Of a stretch of DNA of 64,000 nucleotides, positions 46,159 to 56,295 are shown one piece after another. Positions within the stretch are counted from its first letter, which is position 1; each line of letters begins with the position of its first letter. Under the pieces are notes generated by a model. It was not told the DNA's origin. It did no database searches and saw only the letters and a list, made by a program, of their open reading frames with translations. Made by a program: the position numbers and the translations under genes. Origin of the DNA: an uncultured Burkholderiales bacterium (GTDB lineage Bacteria > Pseudomonadota > Gammaproteobacteria > Burkholderiales > Eutrophovitaceae); contig CAWUVH010000007.1 in NCBI GenBank assembly GCA_963925895.1, positions 7,957 to 71,956 of the forward strand, written 5' to 3'.

Positions 46159-48192
46159 TTACAAAAGTGGAACCAGTAAAAGAGCCACAATATTAATGAT
46201 TTTGATCAGAGGGTTAACCGCTGGACCTGCCGTGTCTTTATATGGATCACCAACAGTATCTCCGGTTATTGAAGCCTTGTGAGCATCAGAACCTTTCCCA
46301 CCAAAATGACCATCTTCGATGTATTTTTTAGCATTATCCCAAGCGCCACCACCAGTGGTCATCGAAATTGCTATAAAGATACCCGTAATAATAGTCCCGA
46401 TCAGTAATCCACCTAGCGCTTTAATTCCTTCACCTGGCCCCATCAACCAATTCATGCCGAATGCGACAACGACTGGTGCCAAGACCGGCAGCAGTGATGG
46501 GATCATCATTTCTTTGATGGCAGAGCGTGTGAGCAAATCCACAGCCTTAGAGTAATCAGGTTTTCCTGTGCCATCCATGATGCCTGGAATTTCTCGGAAC
46601 TGACGTCTTACTTCGTTTACGACGGATCCGGCAGCGCGACCTACCGCTTCCATGGCCATTGCACTAAAGAGGTAAGGGATCATGCCTCCGAGGAATAATC
46701 CAATAATGACTGAAGGATCTGAGAGTGAGAACTCAAAGATCTTGCCCGCGGCTTCTAGATTGTGTGTGTAATCCGCAAACAGTACTAAAGCAGCTAAACC
46801 GGCAGAGCCGATCGCATAGCCTTTGGTAACTGCTTTAGTCGTATTACCCACAGCGTCTAGTGGATCAGTAATGTCGCGTATTTTAGATGGTAATTCTGCC
46901 ATTTCGGCAATACCACCAGCGTTATCCGTGATCGGACCATATGCATCAAGCGCTACGACCATGCCAGTCATTGAAAGCATCGCAGTCGCAGCTATTGCGA
47001 TCCCATAGATACCCGCCAATGAATGGGATGCCCCTATCGCAACGCATACAGCCAGCACAGGAAGCGCAGTGGATTTCATCGATACGCCTAGGCCTGCAAT
47101 GATATTTGTCGCGTCACCTGTTTGTGAGGCAGCAGCAACGTGCTTAACTGGTGCATATTCAGTCGAGGTGTAGTACTCAGTGATGACAATCATTACCCCC
47201 GTTAATGCTAGCCCGACTAGAGATGCGTAGAAAAGATTGATGGACTCGCTGCCCATCATCCATTCCGTAATGAAATAAAAGGCAATGGCAGCAATCACTC
47301 CAGACACGATCACGCCTTTGTAGAGCGCCCCCATAATGCTGCCACCCTCTGAGGTTTTCACGAAGAAGGTGCCAACAATGGAGGCGATGATCGACGCGCC
47401 ACCCAGTACAAGCGGATACGTTATTGCATTATCACCAAGCTCGGCTATCATCAGCCCACCCAAGAGCATAGTCGCTACAATAGTGACGGCATAGGTCTCG
47501 AATAGGTCAGCAGCCATACCAGCACAATCGCCGACATTATCGCCGACATTATCAGCAATAACCGCTGGGTTCCTTGGATCGTCTTCTGGGATGCCGGCCT
47601 CAACTTTTCCAACCAAGTCAGCTCCGACGTCAGCACCTTTAGTAAAGATGCCGCCACCGAGTCGGGCAAAGATAGAAATGAGTGATCCACCAAAAGCAAG
47701 TCCGATCAGTGCATGTAACGCTTGGTCGGTATCGCCCGTTAGGTTTGAGACAACACCAAAATAACCGGCTACCCCGAGTAGCCCAAGACCTACGACCAGC
47801 ATTCCTGTAATGGCCCCGCCTCTAAATGCGACGTTCAATGCGGCGTTGATGCCATGATTCGCTGCTTCTGCTGTTCGAACGTTTGCACGCACTGAAATGT
47901 ACATGCCGATATAGCCTGCCGCTCCAGAAAGAACGGCACCAACAAGAAACCCGATTGCTGTATACCAATCTAGTCCGAACCCAAGTGCAATAAATAGGAC
48001 AACACCGACAATCGAAATGGCCTGGTATTGTCTGTTGAGATAAGCCTGCGCGCCTTGCTGAATGGCTGTGGCAATCTCTTGCATGCGGCTATTGCCGGCT
48101 GGTTGTCGAAGAATCCATTGGATCGAAAGCGCTCCGTAAATTAAGGCTGCGATCGAACAAACTAACGCAATTATTAGACTTGAAGACATCAA
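46159..48192 (-). CDS. hppA: Membrane-bound proton-translocating pyrophosphatase
   Basis: A 677-aa polytopic protein with [28 protein letters not shown] and GD.VGDP.KDT blocks. Confidence 0.9.
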   Translation of the reverse strand: MMSSSLIIALVCSIAALIYGALSIQWILRQPAGNSRMQEIATAIQQGAQAYLNRQYQAISIVGVVLFIALGFGLDWYTAIGFLVGAVLSGAAGYIGMYISVRANVRTAEAANHGINAALNVAFRGGAITGMLVVGLGLLGVAGYFGVVSNLTGDTDQALHALIGLAFGGSLISIFARLGGGIFTKGADVGADLVGKVEAGIPEDDPRNPAVIADNVGDNVGDCAGMAADLFETYAVTIVATMLLGGLMIAELGDNAITYPLVLGGASIIASIVGTFFVKTSEGGSIMGALYKGVIVSGVIAAIAFYFITEWMMGSESINLFYASLVGLALTGVMIVITEYYTSTEYAPVKHVAAASQTGDATNIIAGLGVSMKSTALPVLAVCVAIGASHSLAGIYGIAIAATAMLSMTGMVVALDAYGPITDNAGGIAEMAELPSKIRDITDPLDAVGNTTKAVTKGYAIGSAGLAALVLFADYTHNLEAAGKIFEFSLSDPSVIIGLFLGGMIPYLFSAMAMEAVGRAAGSVVNEVRRQFREIPGIMDGTGKPDYSKAVDLLTRSAIKEMMIPSLLPVLAPVVVAFGMNWLMGPGEGIKALGGLLIGTIITGIFIAISMTTGGGAWDNAKKYIEDGHFGGKGSDAHKASITGDTVGDPYKDTAGPAVNPLIKIINIVALLLVPLL

Positions 48193-48361
48193 TGTCCCCC
48201 CTTACTTTATGTAGTTAGCTGGCCGATAAGGGTCGGCCAAATACCCTAAAATCATCTGGGAACGGCCCCATAAACTAGTTGGATGGCTCCCTTTTTTAAT
48301 TTTTGTTGCGCGGGATTGTACCTGAAAATGGTGATTAATTTCAGCTATTCATTGAAAATGG

Positions 48362-49627
48362 CTAAATTTTAAAGTCAGAACCCACTTTTTTTGGGACAGA
48401 TTTATTTTTGAGTACGACATATTTTGGTAGGCCATTTTTGTACGGTGGATAGGCCTCACCCTTGATTAAGGGTTGCAGATAGCGTACGCAACTGGGTGTT
48501 ATCCCAAATCCATCACTACTGATGAATTTTTTTGGCATTTTTTTCTCTACATTGGCTACTCTTGTGAGTGGAGTACTGCTGATTTTCCAGCGATAAGGGC
48601 TATCTGATAATCTTTCGATGGTGGGCATAACGGCATTGTGACCCTGGAGTGCGAGTTTGACTGCCGATTCGCCTAATGCATAAGCTTGGTCCACATCTAC
48701 TTGGGATGCGATATGTCTTGCCGCCCTTTGTAAATAGTCCGCTACCCCCCAATGATATTTAAGACCGAGGTCTTCCTTAATGATATTTGCGATGACTGGC
48801 GCCACGCCGCCCAATTGTGCATGCCCGAAGGCATCAGTTAGCCCTTGATCCGATAAAAATTTCCCATTAGACCCTTTGACGCCCTCTGAGACAACGATTG
48901 AACAATAGCCGTATCTTTTGACCTTATCATGCACCTTTTGTGTGAATTTCTTACGATTAAAAACCACCTCTGGAAATAGAATAATAATCGGCAGTGGGCT
49001 TTCTTCGGTGGATGCTAGTCCACCTGCGGCTGCTATCCACCCTGCGTGTCTTCCCATCACCTCGAGAATGAAAACTTTAGTTGATGTTTTAGCCATAGAG
49101 GCGACATCGAAGCTTGCTTCTCGTGTCGAAACGGCAACATATTTCGCTACTGATCCAAACCCTGGACAACAGTCGGTGATTGGTAAATCATTATCTACCG
49201 TCTTAGGGATGTGTATGGCTTGTATAGGAAACCCCAGTGTTTTCGAGATCTGCGATACTTTCAGGCAGGTATCGGCTGAATCTCCGCCTCCGTTATAGAA
49301 GAAGTAATCAATGTTGTGGGCCTTGAAAACAGCTATTAAGCGCTCATATTCGGCTCTGTTTTCTTCCAGCGACTTGAGTTTATATCGACAGGATCCAAAC
49401 GCGCCAGCTGGTGTGTGCTTAAGCGCTGCAATTGCAGATGCTGATTCTTTAGATGTATCAATCAGGTCCTCCGTGAGCGCGCCAATGATGCCATTTCTTC
49501 CGGCAAACACTTTTCCAATTTTATTTTTGTTTTTTCGGGCCGTTTCGATAACCCCAGCGGCTGAAGCGTTAATGACAGCTGTGACGCCGCCAGACTGAGC
49601 ATAGAATGCATTGGATATTTTTTTCAT
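48362..49627 (-). CDS. pfp: 6-phosphofructokinase, probably pyrophosphate-dependent (PPi-PFK, ~420-aa type)
   Basis: NAFYAQSGGVTAVINAS, GGGDS and PKTVDNDL blocks. Length and adjacency to hppA match the methanotroph/nitrifier pfp-hpp arrangement. Phosphoryl-donor specificity was not verified. Confidence 0.7.
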   Translation of the reverse strand: MKKISNAFYAQSGGVTAVINASAAGVIETARKNKNKIGKVFAGRNGIIGALTEDLIDTSKESASAIAALKHTPAGAFGSCRYKLKSLEENRAEYERLIAVFKAHNIDYFFYNGGGDSADTCLKVSQISKTLGFPIQAIHIPKTVDNDLPITDCCPGFGSVAKYVAVSTREASFDVASMAKTSTKVFILEVMGRHAGWIAAAGGLASTEESPLPIIILFPEVVFNRKKFTQKVHDKVKRYGYCSIVVSEGVKGSNGKFLSDQGLTDAFGHAQLGGVAPVIANIIKEDLGLKYHWGVADYLQRAARHIASQVDVDQAYALGESAVKLALQGHNAVMPTIERLSDSPYRWKISSTPLTRVANVEKKMPKKFISSDGFGITPSCVRYLQPLIKGEAYPPYKNGLPKYVVLKNKSVPKKVGSDFKI

Positions 49628-49701
49628 TGTATTAACTAGGCGGTTAGATGAGCCGTCATCCTTATGTTGAGAATAGTGATTCTTGTTTGATTTGGTTCCT
49701 A

Positions 49702-50367
<666 letters not shown>

Positions 50368-50454
50368 TTATTAATTGGTTAGGTCAATCGAGTATTAACG
50401 TGCCTGATTGAGCGACGTGCCCATTGATTCTTTTGGGTAGTAGCAGTAATTAAA

Positions 50455-51216
50455 TTATAACTTGCTGAGGAGCTCTCGTGCTCTTTCGAGATCACCAGGA
50501 GTGTCGATCCCTGGTGCTGGAGGGACTTGAGTGTGTGTCACAACCATTCGTCGCCCTGCTTGCAGCATCCTGAGTTGCTCTAGTTTTTCAAAAGCCTCTA
50601 GGGGACTAAAAGGTAAGTTTGAATATTCGCTTAAGAATTTTGCTCGGTAACCGTAAATGCCGATATGACCAAACCCTGGGTAATCATGTGGAAGATTGTT
50701 GTGTTCGTCAGAAAAGGTGTCTCTCGACCAAGGTATCGGGGCTCTAGAAAAATAGAGCGCATAATTTTGATGATTTAAAACAACTTTGACTAGGTTGGGG
50801 TTGAACAGATCTTCTCGATCTGAAACCGGGAAGCATGCAGTAGACGCCGACGCGTCTGGTGTGTCCCACAGTTTATGGGCAACGGAGTTGATTAATGCAG
50901 GTGGAATAAATGGCTCATCACCTTGCACATTAACAACTAGGGTTTCTGGAGACCAATTTTGTCTCAATGCTACCTCAGCAATACGGTCGGTACCGCTGGC
51001 GTGAGTTTTGCTGGTCATGATGACGTGGCAGTCGGACGTTGCTACGGACTCGGCAATACGTTGGTCGTCAGTCGCCACGACGACCTCTTCGGCGCCAGAC
51101 TTTTTTGCCAAATCGACAACATGGCTGATGATGGTTTGCCCGTTGATCGTGGATAGTAGCTTGCCTGGGAATCGCGTGGATTCGTAGCGGGCTGGGATGA
51201 CAACTTTAAAATGCAT
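50455..51216 (-). CDS. kdsB: 3-deoxy-manno-octulosonate cytidylyltransferase
   Basis: VVIPARYESTRFPGK...NVQGDEP. Confidence 0.9.
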   Translation of the reverse strand: MHFKVVIPARYESTRFPGKLLSTINGQTIISHVVDLAKKSGAEEVVVATDDQRIAESVATSDCHVIMTSKTHASGTDRIAEVALRQNWSPETLVVNVQGDEPFIPPALINSVAHKLWDTPDASASTACFPVSDREDLFNPNLVKVVLNHQNYALYFSRAPIPWSRDTFSDEHNNLPHDYPGFGHIGIYGYRAKFLSEYSNLPFSPLEAFEKLEQLRMLQAGRRMVVTHTQVPPAPGIDTPGDLERARELLSKL

Positions 51217-51240
51217 TACGCAATATAAGCTGATAAAAAG

Positions 51241-51411
51241 CTAATCGGTTTGAGTCGGGCGAGCTTCTTCTTCCAACATAATCGGAATGCCATTTTTGAT
51301 TGGAAATGCGAGTTTACACGCATTGCAGGCTAGTTCGGTATTTTTAGGCAATAGATTAAGTTCGCTTTTGCAAATAGGGCAGACCAATATATCAAGAAGT
51401 TTTTTATCCAC
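51241..51411 (-). CDS. Trm112/YcaR (UPF0434) family small zinc-ribbon protein
   Basis: My own translation gives (GTG)[56 protein letters not shown], 56 aa. It is below the ORF-track cutoff. It sits in the conserved position between lpxK and kdsB and overlaps the lpxK stop by 8 nt. Confidence 0.8.
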   Translation of the reverse strand: MDKKLLDILVCPICKSELNLLPKNTELACNACKLAFPIKNGIPIMLEEEARPTQTD

Positions 51412-52384
51412 GGTATGTTTTAATTTTTTCTATGATTTTTGTGATTAGATTGCCATCGAATTCGGCATGCACCGGAAGAAACCAACATTCCTTGCCGGAA
51501 ACTATAGGGCATTTTACCGCATCTTTTTCAGTCATTAGAATGACATCTTGTTCGATCGAGGTAATGTCTGAGATTGTGTACCCGTGGTGATCGGGGAAAG
51601 AGTGGGTTTTTGGCTTTAGGCCTAAGGATTCAAGATGCAGAAAAAAACGTTCCGGATTGCCAATGCCGGCAATCGCAGCGACGTCACGACCCCATAATTC
51701 ATTGACATTGCATGTGTGGCCGGGGTTGGAAAGGTTGTGAAAGATTTCACCAACAAGGGTCATATTGATGGTTGGAATCGATAGGTCTAGCTTTTCTGAG
51801 CCGTTTATGACTGCGAAATCGCATTCGTGAATTCTTTTTTTAGATTCTCTTAGTGGCCCCGAAGGTAAAGGTAATCCGTTTCCAAATTTTCGACTGCCAT
51901 CGATTACGATAACTTCAATATCTCTCTTGAGGGCATAGTGCTGGAGCCCATCGTCGCTGATGAGGACATTTACGTTTGGGTGTTTTGTGAGTAGATGCTG
52001 CGCTGCCTTAATTCGGCTAGGTCCAACCCATACGGGGCTAAGCGTTTTTTTTGAAATGAGGATGGGTTCATCCCCGACCTGTGATGGCACGCTATTCGCA
52101 AGGACCTCTTGTTCTTGTCCGTCACCTCGGTAGCCTCTGCTGATGATTCCCGGGGTATATCCGTATGCTTTAAGCGCGTTTGCAATTGCAATAACAGTTG
52201 GTGTTTTCCCTGTGCCGCCAACCGTGATGTTGCCAACTACGATTACGGGCACTTCTATTTTGGTTGACTTGAGGAGCTCATAACGAAACAGTTGTCTTCT
52301 GATATGACTCCCCAGTAAAAAAAAGAGGGTCGCCGGCAATAATATTAACGATAGTACGTTGAAACTCTTCCAGGAGCGTGGCAC
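51404..52384 (-). CDS. lpxK: Tetraacyldisaccharide 4'-kinase
   Basis: [17 protein letters not shown]-loop and the DDG.QH block; 326 aa. Confidence 0.9.
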   Translation of the reverse strand: MPRSWKSFNVLSLILLPATLFFLLGSHIRRQLFRYELLKSTKIEVPVIVVGNITVGGTGKTPTVIAIANALKAYGYTPGIISRGYRGDGQEQEVLANSVPSQVGDEPILISKKTLSPVWVGPSRIKAAQHLLTKHPNVNVLISDDGLQHYALKRDIEVIVIDGSRKFGNGLPLPSGPLRESKKRIHECDFAVINGSEKLDLSIPTINMTLVGEIFHNLSNPGHTCNVNELWGRDVAAIAGIGNPERFFLHLESLGLKPKTHSFPDHHGYTISDITSIEQDVILMTEKDAVKCPIVSGKECWFLPVHAEFDGNLITKIIEKIKTYRG

Positions 52385-52489
52385 TTAAACTTATCCTTTC
52401 GAACAGTTTTTGGGATTCGTACAAATCTAGGGTAATTCAATTTTCACCAAAGCCTAGTGGTATCGTCGCTAATTCTTGCTCTGTCCTAT

Positions 52490-52903
52490 TTAATTTTTTT
52501 GTGTCGTGAATGTAATGCGCCCATAGCCAGCAATTCTCGCCGCTTCCATTGTGTAAATGACTGATTGGTGGGTCGCATTAGAGTCCGCACTGATAATGAT
52601 AACGGGGTCGGCATCCGCGCCAGCAATTTGACGAAGTGTATTCGCGAAAAGAACAGGGCTTTCCATGGAAACCTCCCTGCCGTTTATGAAGTATTGTCCA
52701 GATTGAGAAATCGCAATTTCTAGTTTATCAATGGGCTGCTCGACATTGTTTGCGTCAGCAACCGGTAGGTTTATCTTCAACTCTGCATATTGTGAATATG
52801 TTGTAGTCACAGCTAAGAAAATGACGATTACAATCAATACGTCAATAAATGGCACCAGATTGATCTCTGGTTCTTCTCGAAAAGAGTTCCGTCGGAAATT
52901 CAT
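52490..52903 (-). CDS. exbD: ExbD/TolR-family biopolymer transport protein
   Basis: EINLVPFIDVLIVIVIF single-TM motif; 137 aa. Confidence 0.85.
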   Translation of the reverse strand: MNFRRNSFREEPEINLVPFIDVLIVIVIFLAVTTTYSQYAELKINLPVADANNVEQPIDKLEIAISQSGQYFINGREVSMESPVLFANTLRQIAGADADPVIIISADSNATHQSVIYTMEAARIAGYGRITFTTQKN

Positions 52904-52911
52904 GTTTGGTA

Positions 52912-53523
52912 TTAATTCGTCCTATTGCCGTGGATCATCTCTACAAGTTTTACAGCTTGAATCTCCATCTGGACGATAAGAGAATCTACCGTTGACCTGA
53001 AGTGCCGGTAAAAAACGAGACTTGGGACGGCGACAATGATTCCAAATGCTGCGTTGTAGAGAGCAATGGATATTCCGTGTGCGAGTTGGGCTGGGTCCGT
53101 GACACCGCTTGAGGTAGATACTCCAAAAATCTCAATCATCCCGATTATTGTGCCTAATAGTCCAAGTAGAGGGGCCAAGGTGGCGATTGTCCCTAGGGTC
53201 GTTAGGTAACGTTCCATTTCTTGAGCGACTTCAAGCCCAGCCTCTTCAATGGCCTCTTTCATCGTTTCCTTAGAATTCTCTAAATTTTTTAATCCCGCTA
53301 CGAACACCTGCCCCAGAGGGGAGGATTTTTCGGTAGCTGACATAAGATCTTGGCTCGCGCCAACAGTTTTGAGCTTGTTTATTGTTTCTGCTAATAGGTG
53401 TTTTGGGACTACGGCCTCTCTTCGGAGTGAATAGAAACGCTCCACGATGATTGCTAAAGAAACAATAGAACAAAAGATTATGGGCCAAATTGGCCACCCA
53501 GCAGCTTTGATAATTTCGATCAC
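52912..53523 (-). CDS. exbB: MotA/TolQ/ExbB-family proton channel
   Basis: LLGLLGTIIGMI and AL..AAFGI.VA.P blocks. GTG 53523, behind an AAGGG RBS, is preferred to the ORF-track TTG at 53592. Confidence 0.8.
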   Translation of the reverse strand: MIEIIKAAGWPIWPIIFCSIVSLAIIVERFYSLRREAVVPKHLLAETINKLKTVGASQDLMSATEKSSPLGQVFVAGLKNLENSKETMKEAIEEAGLEVAQEMERYLTTLGTIATLAPLLGLLGTIIGMIEIFGVSTSSGVTDPAQLAHGISIALYNAAFGIIVAVPSLVFYRHFRSTVDSLIVQMEIQAVKLVEMIHGNRTN

Positions 53524-53664
53524 GATAAACCCTTGAGTACTAGTTACGTATGGTCCCACTTTAAACGTCGGGGGAATTGCCAGCAAGTTCAACGTTGCAT
53601 ATTTTAGTAATATGTACGCGTTACCCTATAGCCGTTAACTTCCGTATTGCTTTTAAATTCGCTC

Positions 53665-53685
53665 TGTGGATAAGTTTGTGGGTAA
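53665..53685. promoter_or_regulatory. Two tandem DnaA-box-like 9-mers
   Basis: TGTGGATAA (53665-53673) is the exact complement of TTATCCACA. TGTGGGTAA (53677-53685) has one mismatch, with the same orientation and 12-bp phasing. Confidence 0.5.
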
Positions 53686-53971
53686 TTCTACTCGCTAATT
53701 AGTTATAACCTGGTGTTGAATCAATCGTTTTCGAAATATATAGAGTTCATAGCAATTAATTCCCATAAAAATCATATATTTATGGATTTTTCATTGTTAA
53801 GGCTGTGTTTATTAATGATTTTTTACAGAAACATGACCGTTGTGGACTACTTGACAGGAAAAAATTCTTTGGTTGTCAATGGGTTAACAAACCCAGTGGT
53901 TTTTTGTCCATAGAATTTTCCGTTACGATATGTCCTTTAAATTTTCAAAATGAAATGTTTTAGGCCTCCAA

Positions 53972-55315
53972 ATGAGTGAGTTGCATAGCCAATCTGAAGT
54001 ATTGTCCGTGTCTCAAGTCACGAGAACGATTAAATCTCTGATTGAAAGACATTTTCCAGAGATATGGGTAAGAGGAGAAATATCGAATTTTGTTCGAGCA
54101 GCCTCTGGCCACTGTTACTTTTCCCTGAAGGACGATTCGAGCCAAGCTCGTTGCGTGTTATTCCGCTCTCGAATGGTTCAGGCTGATTTTGAAATTACGG
54201 ATGGTATTGAGGTTGAATTGTTAGCGACTCCTTCGATGTTTGAGAAGCGAGGAGAGTTTCAATTAATTGCCCAATCTATTCGCAAGTCTGGTTTAGGTAG
54301 ATTATTTGCTCTCTATGAAGAACAAAAAAGAAAACTCTCGGCCGAGGGGTTATTTGACGCGAGTAAGAAGAAGCCATTGCCACGTTTCCCAAGAAAAATT
54401 GGAGTTGTTACTTCTAAAGACGCAGCTGCCCTTCGTGATGTTTGTAAAACGTTGGCTGATCGTGCGCCCGGTGTGCCGGTGATCATCTATCACTCCCCAG
54501 TGCAAGGTGTCGGCGCAGGCAAGAAACTCGCAGATGCTGTGTCATCAGCTGTTGAGCGATTGGAAGTTGATGTGCTGATTATCTGTCGAGGAGGAGGTAG
54601 TCTCGAAGACTTATGGGAGTTCAATTCTGAAGAATTGGTTCGAGCAATTGCCTGTTGCCCTATTCCTGTTGTTTCAGGCGTGGGACACGAAACTGATACA
54701 ACTCTGGTTGATTTCGTTTCTGACTATCGTGCTCCCACTCCAACCGCGGCCGCCAGTGCTGTGGTTTATTCTGTTAATGATGTAAATCGTGAGCTAAAAA
54801 GGCTTCTGGGTGGGTTGGTTAAAAAGATCAGAGGAAAAATTGACGTCAGACAGCAACAACTTGATTACTTGAACCGTCGACTCATTCATCCAGGAAAACG
54901 GAACGCTCTTTACGCGATAGAGCTCAATCGCATCGCAACAAGAATGAACGGGCTTGTTCATCGTTTGTTGCGCCACCAAAAATTTCGTGTAACGACGGTT
55001 GGGGTGGAGTTGCGTCGAGCGCGACCCGATGGGGCACACTCATTGGAGTTGATTCAGGATTGGCAAAAACGCATCCATCGAGGAATGGTCGCTACCCTTA
55101 ATCAGTTCCAAGGTCGCTTGTCAGGATTGAATAGTAGCCTGTCTCACCTCGATCCTGAGCACGTCTTATCAAGAGGTTACGCAATCGTTAGAAACAAGAA
55201 AGGTGACATTCTGCGCAGTACCAAACTCATAGCAATTGACGATCAGATGACTGTGCAACTACAGGATGGTGAACTGGAGGCCTGGGTTGCGGCAAAGCGT
55301 TCGCGTGATTCGTGA
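53972..55315 (+). CDS. xseA: Exodeoxyribonuclease VII large subunit
   Basis: SVSQVTR.IK.LIE..F...WV.GEISNF...ASGH.YF.LKD and RGGGS.EDLW.FN.E. Confidence 0.9.
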   Translation: MSELHSQSEVLSVSQVTRTIKSLIERHFPEIWVRGEISNFVRAASGHCYFSLKDDSSQARCVLFRSRMVQADFEITDGIEVELLATPSMFEKRGEFQLIAQSIRKSGLGRLFALYEEQKRKLSAEGLFDASKKKPLPRFPRKIGVVTSKDAAALRDVCKTLADRAPGVPVIIYHSPVQGVGAGKKLADAVSSAVERLEVDVLIICRGGGSLEDLWEFNSEELVRAIACCPIPVVSGVGHETDTTLVDFVSDYRAPTPTAAASAVVYSVNDVNRELKRLLGGLVKKIRGKIDVRQQQLDYLNRRLIHPGKRNALYAIELNRIATRMNGLVHRLLRHQKFRVTTVGVELRRARPDGAHSLELIQDWQKRIHRGMVATLNQFQGRLSGLNSSLSHLDPEHVLSRGYAIVRNKKGDILRSTKLIAIDDQMTVQLQDGELEAWVAAKRSRDS

Positions 55316-55316
55316 T

Positions 55317-56258
55317 TCAACTTGTGAGAGTTTCAACCAGTCTTTTAATTTGAGGCCTGGTGTTTTGTGAGTATGGGTCGAGTACATGTTTGATTGAAAA
55401 GCTGCGTAGCCAAGTGAGCTGTCTTTTAGCCAGCTGACGCGTGGCAGCACTACCTTTATCGATCAGGGCTTGTTCGTCATACTTGCCCTCTAGGAACTCC
55501 CACACTTGACGATAGCCAACGCAGCGCATCGAAGGCATCTCTAGTGATAAATCCCAGGTTTTCTTGAGTTGAACGACTTCTTCGATGAGGCCCATAGTAA
55601 TCATTTTCTTAAATCGAAGACCAATATGTTCATGCAATCTTGATCTTGATTCAGGCACAAGGGCAATATCGATTGTTTTGATAGTTGTTTGGTTTGAAAT
55701 AGTGGCGTCAAGCAACTTGCTCATTGGTTCACCCGTTATATTGAATACCTCCATCGCACGTTGAATTCTTTGTGAATCGTTTGGATTGAGTCGCTTTGCT
55801 GTCTCAGGATCTATTTTTTTTAATTTTTCATGGATGTGAGGCCATCCATGCTGCTTAGCCTCTAGGTCTATCTCTTTACGAATGTCGGCATCTCGGACAG
55901 GTAATTGGTTTAATCCGTCCTTGAGGGCCTTGTAATACATCATGGTGCCACCAGCAAAAACTGGGATTGCTCCACGACTTTTGATTTTCTTCGCTAAGTT
56001 TTCTGCGTCGACCTTGAATTGTGCGGCCGAATAGTACTCATTTGGATCAATAATGTTTATTAAGTGGTGCGGGCATTGCGATAGTGCATCCAACTCTGGT
56101 TTTGCTGTGCCGATATTCATATCGCGATAAACGAGGGCTGAGTCCACGCTGATGACCTCGATTGGTAAGTGTTGGGCAAGCTCGAGACATATGTCTGTTT
56201 TTCCTGTCGCTGTAGGACCTAAGAGACAAATTGCGTGGGTTAAGCTTTCCTCATTCAT
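55317..56258 (-). CDS. miaA: tRNA dimethylallyltransferase
   Basis: LLGPTATGKT...DSALVYRDMNIGTAKP. Start taken at the Met preceding the P-loop (56258); the longer ORF would overlap mutL. Confidence 0.9.
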   Translation of the reverse strand: MNEESLTHAICLLGPTATGKTDICLELAQHLPIEVISVDSALVYRDMNIGTAKPELDALSQCPHHLINIIDPNEYYSAAQFKVDAENLAKKIKSRGAIPVFAGGTMMYYKALKDGLNQLPVRDADIRKEIDLEAKQHGWPHIHEKLKKIDPETAKRLNPNDSQRIQRAMEVFNITGEPMSKLLDATISNQTTIKTIDIALVPESRSRLHEHIGLRFKKMITMGLIEEVVQLKKTWDLSLEMPSMRCVGYRQVWEFLEGKYDEQALIDKGSAATRQLAKRQLTWLRSFSIKHVLDPYSQNTRPQIKRLVETLTS

Positions 56259-56295
56259 CTTGAAGTATTTGCTGAGCGGTTCTGAAATGAGCCGA

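Noticed and set aside
53763-53785. Inverted repeat CCATAAA-n9-TTTATGG considered as a Fur box for exbB-exbD
   Set aside because: It matches the Fur consensus core at only about 8/12 by eye and lies roughly 200 bp from the exbB start. No TonB or receptor gene is nearby. It is kept only as a generic possible operator within the DnaA-box finding.
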